This document shows, piece by piece, positions 31,760 through 37,543 of a DNA stretch of 37,543 bases. This stretch comes from Spirogloea muscicola (taxonomy: Eukaryota), in assembly GCA_009602725.1 (NCBI GenBank), contig WELB01000025.1, positions 339,538 through 377,080 on the forward strand, given 5' to 3'. The translations under genes and the position numbers were made by a program. Each line of letters starts with the position of its first letter. The first letter of the stretch is position 1. Under the pieces are notes generated by a model. It had not been told where the DNA came from, ran no database searches, and saw nothing but the letters and a program-made list of their open reading frames with translations.

Positions 31760-32400
31760 GCAGCAGCGGAGGCCTCCGCTGTGAGCCCCGAGGCGGTGCG
31801 CGCCTGCGGCGCTGGCCAATATTGCTTCAGAAGGAGGACCAGTTGTCGTATAGCCCAGGCCCAGAATTGGGCCACAGCTTGATGCAGTAGTACAGCAGGA
31901 GGGCAAGTGCAGGTTGCACATGTAATCTGTCCAGGCAAACAAGGGCAGAGGTGTGCAGCAAGCAGGCAGTGGTCCTGGGCGGGCTCCGGTCCCAAGCCAT
32001 GCTTACTTTGAAAGGGCTGAGCAACTGGTATGTGGCACATGGTGCCACTAGGGCCATGGATGCAGGTGGCAAGGTGAGTGCAGTATAAGCTCACATGGGT
32101 GTCATTAGTCCCTTCGCAAGATGGGGCAGCGAGCTGCTTGTGGAGTCATGGTGATGCAAATTGAGGATCAGGAGGTGATTGTCATGGTTGAGGTAGAGAC
32201 GGCTGCAATGGTGGACTGCAGCAGGGCAATGGGATGTGGCTGGGTCCGCCTCGGTACGAAATACGGAGATTTGGGGGGCAAAATGCAACAACGTGGAGGA
32301 TAGCGTGTACTGATAGCAGATGTCCGAGCGGTCAAAAACAATGGCAAGCAGTCTACGTTGTAGGCTGTCCTGCTGCTATGCCGACCCACTCTAAAAGTCG
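31760..32400 (-). mobile_element. Possible highly decayed RT-region relic of the same CRE family
   Basis: Weak but correctly ordered peptide remnants in mixed frames: TAYNVD (cf. NAFNSVD), ADP..AVHH (cf. GDP..LAHH), LDRLHVQPALALLLYYCI (cf. DRLH..MQLASTMLTRCI) and PPSEAILASAA..SGGLRC (cf. PPS..GILASAA..RGGLGC). Confidence 0.4.
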
Positions 32401-32493
32401 CAGGTAAAGACTGTGCCAGTGATGAGGCCAAGAGTACACGCCTTGCATCGGCTCAAGCGGAGTGGACGTCAGCTTGCTTTGTGCCTCGGTATT

Positions 32494-33149
32494 TGTGGTT
32501 TGCACTCTCTGGGCCCTTCAGATCTTGTCCACTTATGTGGGCTTGCCTTTGACAGCCCCCTGCAGACGTCCGAAGGGCCAGATGGCAAGTTCTTCTGAAA
32601 GTGGGCGAGGGCTGTGAAAGGTCAGAACAGGACAGGGCCCGAATGGGCCGAAAGCGCAAAACCACGCTGCTGCGCAAGTGGCTGCTGCAAATAAATGCAC
32701 AGTAGCCTTTAGTCAGCAGCTCCAAATTAGAGTAGCTTGCAGACGGATAATCATCATCCTGGTGACAGGAGCAGCTGAAGTATGGCCTGCCCGCAAGTGT
32801 AGTGCAAACGCCTGGGAACGCTGGAGTCAGACTGAAGCTCATTCAATTGGGCGAGGGCTGTGAAAAGCCAGCCCGAAAAGGATGACAAGGTCCGAAGGGG
32901 CCGGAAAGTGGTAGAATAATGAAGCCAGTGCCACGAGTGAAGAAGAAAGACTCTTCCAGTAGAGGTCGGTGGGTGTCTGGCTAGCCCAGAAAAGAAGTGC
33001 GCGCCCATAGAGAAGAGGGGCTGGCAAAGCCAGCCCATAAAATAATGGACAATGTCCAAAGCCAAAGAAAGAGAATTGGCTCTCCCAATGGGGGCAAGGG
33101 CTGTGAGAAGCCAGCCCGAAAAGAATTGACAAGGTTCGAAGGGGCCAAA
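32494..33149. mobile_element. Stack of 5'-truncated CRE-family 3' ends, mostly older subfamilies
   Basis: Motif on + at 32494-32560. Copies on - at 32598-32840 (encodes LQRSQAFALHLRAG and SASYSNLELLTKGY, cf. LHRSLAHAVHTRAG and AASYSDLMLLTRGY), 32848-32985, 32991-33073 (young type) and 33089-33149. Confidence 0.82.
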
Positions 33150-33225
33150 CTACGAGCTAAGCAGCGACTGCGGGGCCTGAACACGCCGACCACCCGGCTG
33201 CGGATGAGTTCGTCCCCCCGTGAGA

Positions 33226-33259
33226 GCTTCAATAGCTCAGTTGGTTAGAGCACCCGTTT
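33226..33259 (+). tRNA. 5' half of a tRNA (probably Thr, AGT type), ending at U33 just before the anticodon; non-functional fragment
   Basis: GCTTCAA-TA-GCTC-AGTTGGTTA-GAGC-A-CCCGT-TT parses as acceptor 5' strand, complete D-arm (A box), anticodon 5' stem and two loop bases. It closely resembles plant tRNA-Thr(AGT) as recalled (GCTTTCATAGCTCAGTTGGTTAGAGCACCCGTTTAGT..). No anticodon, T-arm or 3' acceptor strand found in the window. Confidence 0.8.
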
Positions 33260-33786
33260 CCCTGCATCATCGCTGATGTGGTGACAACTGACTGCATCGA
33301 CTCCGCCAATCCCACCAGATCGGCGTCGTTTGCAGGGCACGCGGTCGGCCAGGCGGGGGAAGTGCGCGCCCATAGAGAAGAGGGGCTGGCAAAGCCAGCC
33401 CAAAAAAGAATGGACAATGTCCAAAGCCAAAGAAGAGGAGCCGGAGAAACGACTACACTACAAAACACAGAACACAGAAACGATGCAGAGGGAAGCTCAG
33501 TACCCACGAGTGAGCAACATCAGGTCTGAGTAGCTCGCTGCAGGGCGGCCCGGGGCAAGGAGCGAAAATATGCTGATCACCCGGTGGGGGATGAATTCGC
33601 GGCCCTGGCGATGGATGTACACGGGGCTTTCGGCAGCCGCTGGCTGTGCGAGCGAACCGGCGGCGTTGAAGCCGGGCATCGCCCCTGGCAGAAGAAGTGC
33701 GCGCCCATAGAGAAGAGGGGCTGGCAAAGCCAGCCCAAAAAAAGAATGGACAGTGTCCAAAGCCAAAGAAAGAGGAGCCGGAGAAA
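33260..33786. mobile_element. Nested, rearranged young fragments of the right-hand element
   Basis: A + sense fragment (33260-33356 plus 33546-33646) is the reverse complement of ~34190-34385. It is split by a - 3'-end copy (33357-33545) with a GGCGG duplication. It is followed by 33645-33692 (same as 34095-34142, opposite orientation) and another 3'-end copy at 33691-33786. Confidence 0.9.
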
Positions 33787-36700
33787 GAAGAAGTGCGCGC
33801 CCATAGAGAAGAGGGGCTGGCAAAGCCAGCCCAAAAAAGAATGGACAATGTCCAAAGCCAAAGAAAGAGGAGCCAGAGAAAGGACTACACTACAAAACAC
33901 TGCAGAACACAGAAACGATGCAGAGGAAAGCTCAGTACCCACGAGTGAGCAACATCAGGTCTGAGTAGCTCGCTGCAGGGAAAGAGGCACTCCGCCGAGA
34001 CCCAGAGGCGGCGGCCATAGCACGGCCTGCGCGCGTGTGGACGGCGTGGGCAAGGGAGCGATGAAGCGATACGGCCAGGCGCATGCGGAAGACTTGTGCG
34101 AGCGAACCGGCGGCGTTGAAGCCGGGCATCGCCCCTGGCAGACCCGGCCGCCGGTCAATGGCCTGGCGGGCAAGCCGCTGAATGAGATCCAGCCAGCGGC
34201 TGCCGAAAGCCCCGTGTACGTCCATCGCCAGGGCCGCGAATTCATCCCCCTCCGGGTGATCAGCGTATTTTCGCTCCTTGCCCCGGGCCGCCTGGCCGAC
34301 CGCGTGCCCTGCAAACGACGCCGATCTGGTGGGGTTGGCGGAGTTGATGCAGTCAGTTGTCACCACATCAGCGATGATGCGGGGACCGCCGCCGGGAGGG
34401 ATGGCGACCAGGTCGGCGCGTCGCGTATGGGGCTGGCCGTCCGCGCCCAGCTGGATGGGCATGATTGAGGAGTTCTCCACCGCAACCTTGAAGCCCGCCT
34501 CCGAAAACACCTCCTGCATACCGTCGCGCAGGAGGTCGTGGGAAGCGGTCCGCTCCCCCCCGTGGGCGCAACGGAGCATGTGGGCGGCCAGCTCCGCAGG
34601 ATCATCGTGTCGGGCACCGCACTCGCATTGAGGGACGCCCACGAGGCAGGGGGGGAGGAGGCCCAAGAGCCGGTGGACCACCGTCCGGAAGACCTCGTCA
34701 GGCATAGTGAGCGCCGCGTGGAGTGGAAGTGCTGATAGCCACGCCGCCGCCCCGGGGAGGAGGCTGAGAGCAGCCGGGCGCGCCCTCGCAGGTCAGCCGG
34801 GGGGAGAAGCTCCACCACGTGGTCGGAGGCCGCTTGTTCAACCAGCGCCGAGAAGCGTGCCTGGGCACGCTGGTCTGGGTGTGGGCGAGGTGGATGAAAG
34901 GAACAGCCTGTTCCGACATGCGGGGGTGGACCGCCAGGAGCCCGTCGCGGGCAGAGCGGAGGGCAACCTGAAAAGGCAGCTGACCGATCTCCACCTCAGC
35001 TGCCACCCGCTCCAGGGCGCGCTGGCCGTGCACGAGGAACCTCTGGCTCATTGGGGCTGCCACCTGAGCCCAGCTACCCATGTAGGCCGCCTCGCAGCCG
35101 CGGGCAACCGGCATCCCAAGCCGCCACGGCTGATCGGCAGGCTGGCCTGCAGCAGCGCTGCTGGTGTGGTGAGGAACGCGGGGTGCTGCACCAGGGTGGC
35201 CGCGGATGCCAGGATGCCGGAGTCAAAGGCTGCATACGCTGCCTTCACCGCCGACGAGGGGGGGATGGTGCGGGCCAGATATTGTGGCCGCTGCGCAATG
35301 CACCGAGTCAGCATCGTAGACGCAAGCTGCATGTCGTGCAGCGTGTGGAGACGGTCCGCTGGCCGGAGGTGTTCCTGCAGCCGCGCCTGCAGCTGCTCCG
35401 TCACGAAGGCAGGTGCACCTAGGGGGACGCCGAGGAGGGTGAGGCCCCCGGCTGGTGTCTGGCAACCCTCGGGCAGGCGCAGGTGGGCTGGCAGGCCCTG
35501 AGGGGACCAGGCGCTGCACTTGTCCGCCCGAATATCCAGGCCGATCGCGTTCAGCTGCACTTGGAGGGTGTCAAAGGCAGCTGTGACATCCTCTGGCTTC
35601 CCCACCAGCGTGGTGTCATCAGCGTATGTCGGCACGAGGACGCCGGGGTGAACCGCGACCGTTGCCTGGAGCGCACGGTGGTGTGCCAACGCATAGTAGA
35701 ACCCCGCCAAAGGATCCCCTTGGCGCGCGCCCCTGGTGGAGTGGAGGGTCACCAGCCCATCACCCCCCGCCCGCCACTGCAGCTCGCAGGGCTGACCGTA
35801 CCCCAGCCTGAAGAAAGGTAGAAGGCTGGGGAAGGCCTCTCTCAGCTCCTCCGCGATGACGCCACGATCAACGCTGTTGAAGGCGTTGTGGACGTCGACC
35901 GCCATGGCCGCCCACTCGGGATGCAGGTCCAGGGCGGCCCGTACGCCGTGCACGATCGTCTCACCGCCGCTCCGCAGCCCCGCACCAAAATGTTGGGGCG
36001 CCAGGTGTGCCTGGGCCTGCCCTGCGTGCTGTTGCCAAAGCGCGCGCCCCACCAGGCGGTAGAGCACCTCACCGATGGCGATGGGCCTGACCCCCCCACC
36101 GGCCTTGCTGAGCGCCAGCAATGTACTGGTGCACAGGACGCCGCGAACGCTGGCCGGGACCTGGTCGCGAGCGAGAAGCTGGCACACCTGGTGGAGCGCC
36201 TGGAAGTCGGCCGGGTCGCCCTCCAGGAAGATCTCCCGGAGATGCTCGGTGAGCATGTGGGAAGGACCTCCCGCGGCCGCGCGGTGGCTGCTCTGCAGGG
36301 CCCTCCGCAGGGCGTCGGCTTCGAGGACCACCTCCTCCGGCGGTGCGAAGGCGGCCAACCACGGTGGCAGAGGGGAGCTCGCCGGGAAGTGCAGGGAGTC
36401 CAGGGCCGCCCGAGTCGCCGCATTGGTCGGCGCCAGCATCGCATCGTAGAGGGCCTGCACAGCCCTGGAAAGCTCACCCGCGTGGCCGAAGCGGAGTGCC
36501 TGACGGACGCTGGCGGCCCTGTCGGGCGCTGCCCCTGTGCCCCCACGGTTGGCCGCAGGCTGCCACGGCGGCGTCATGACGCGCCAGAAGCTCCTCCCAG
36601 TGCCTGCTCTCGAACAACTGGACGCGCTCCAGCAGGGGCTGCTGGCCCTGCATGCGGCTGTCGGGAGAGGCACGCCCGAGCAGCAGCCGGGGGAAGAGGA

Positions 36701-37543
36701 GGAATAGCTTCCACGCCGCCTCGTCCCGGTGGTCCGCGACGAGACGCTGCGTCACCGGGCGGAGCGCGCGGCGGAGGTGCGGGCGCACCCAACGCGGAAC
36801 GTGGCGGAGGAGCGGCAGGGACCGGGACTGCGGCCAGGTCGAGGCCAGCCAGCCACTGCCAGTGTTGAGGTGTGGGCGGGGACGACGCCGGAGGCTTGCC
36901 TGGTCTGCCCCGACGACCACCCGCTGCCGCTGCGCTCCGCGCCTGTGCGGTTGTTACTGCACGTACAGGCTCGCTCGTGGTTGGCCCGGCCGGTCCGCGA
37001 GGTGAAGGGCCTCTGGCAGTGCTTGCACAGCAGTGGTTCGGGCGAGTGAGGCGGGGGCAGCGGCGGTGAAGCCAGCTCGCTCGGCGGGGTTGGAGGCGGC
37101 GGCGGCGGGGGCGGCGTCGATGGCGCCGACTGCGGAAGGCTGGGCGGTTCGAGAGGCGGGATGGCGGATGGTTGGGAAGGCAGCGTCGGGGGAGATGGGG
37201 GCGGTGGGGACGACGGCGGCAATGGTGGCGATGGCTCGGCGGGCGGTGGCGGCTGCGGCACCTCTGTCGCCGGAGAAGCACACTCAGGGACGTCAGGGCC
37301 GAGCACATGGGGCATGGTACGCTGAGGATGGAGGAGCGTGGTCACCTCGTGGGTCCCCTCGCATCTCAGGGGTGGAGGCGATAACGCAGGTGCCCGACTC
37401 TTCTCTCGGGCGGGAGGCGATAGAGTATTGGCCTCCCTAGTATGCTCCGTGGTATGCGCCGCCTGAGTAGATGCCAGGGCCGGGGCGATGGGGCTGCAAG
37501 CCGCGACGGCCGCTGCGGGCGGCGTGCCGGTGGGGCTGGCATG
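33787..37543 (-). mobile_element. Near-complete CRE-clade RLE non-LTR retrotransposon (single ORF, about 6 frameshifts); 5' end runs off the window
   Basis: The frame is open from the window edge through a Pro-rich region and CKHCQRPFTSRTGRANHERAC finger. RT motifs: GGVRPIAIGEVLYRL, DVHNAFNSVDR, GARQGDPL, TYADD, LLGVPLG, LPISRGGLG, AWLSALP. Then CECG..HMLRC knuckle and RLE RRADLV..IIADVV..KERKY. Stop at 33932; the ~145-nt 3' UTR ends GCGCACTTCTTC with no poly(A). Confidence 0.93.

Noticed and set aside
33198..33232. CGGATGAG as a hammerhead ribozyme core
   Set aside because: The core is mismatched and no stem II or GAAA follows.
32991..33870. Repeated ~85-95-bp palindromic units as a CRISPR array
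   Set aside because: Eukaryotic context, irregular spacing and no cas genes; the units are the retrotransposon 3' UTR.
33787..33980. Direct repeats (33357-33545 versus 33787-33980) as LTRs or DIRS split repeats
   Set aside because: The protein is a non-LTR RT with an RLE domain and no integrase, RNase H or tyrosine recombinase; the repeats are variably 5'-truncated 3' ends.
37408..37437. GCGGGAGG as the missing tRNA-Thr 3' half
   Set aside because: Only an 8-nt match, with no GTTC T-loop or acceptor complement; it lies inside the element's open frame.

Overview
GC-rich, intron-rich eukaryotic nuclear DNA, most likely a streptophyte (plant-lineage) alga, inferred from the OEP61-, GT92-, PMT- and two-domain PEAMT-type genes and short spliceosomal introns. 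It is a draft assembly with four N gaps, three of them flanked by artefactual poly-T. Both window ends lie inside CRE-clade (restriction-like endonuclease, RLE) non-LTR retrotransposons that face each other: a decayed copy at 1-3990 (+) and a near-complete, frameshifted copy at 33787->37543 (-). Between them lie, in order: an AAMP/SQT1-like WD40 gene (+), phosphoethanolamine N-methyltransferase (-), UTP13/TBL3 (-), a GT92 glycosyltransferase (-), a PMT/DUF248 methyltransferase (+), an OEP61-like TPR gene (-) preceded by an orphan PurN exon, the 3' end of NOL10 (-), and an SGNH-hydrolase + GT61-like two-domain gene (+). The most unusual region is 32.5-33.9 kb. It is a nested pile of about eight retrotransposon 3' ends sharing a twin stem-loop. 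Within it, a 34-nt 5' half of a tRNA (matching plant tRNA-Thr(AGT) from recall) ends just before the anticodon and is fused to a retrotransposon fragment. A smaller pile-up of the same family lies at 17.7-18.1 kb. All assignments are from reading the sequence and recalled motifs; no searches were run.
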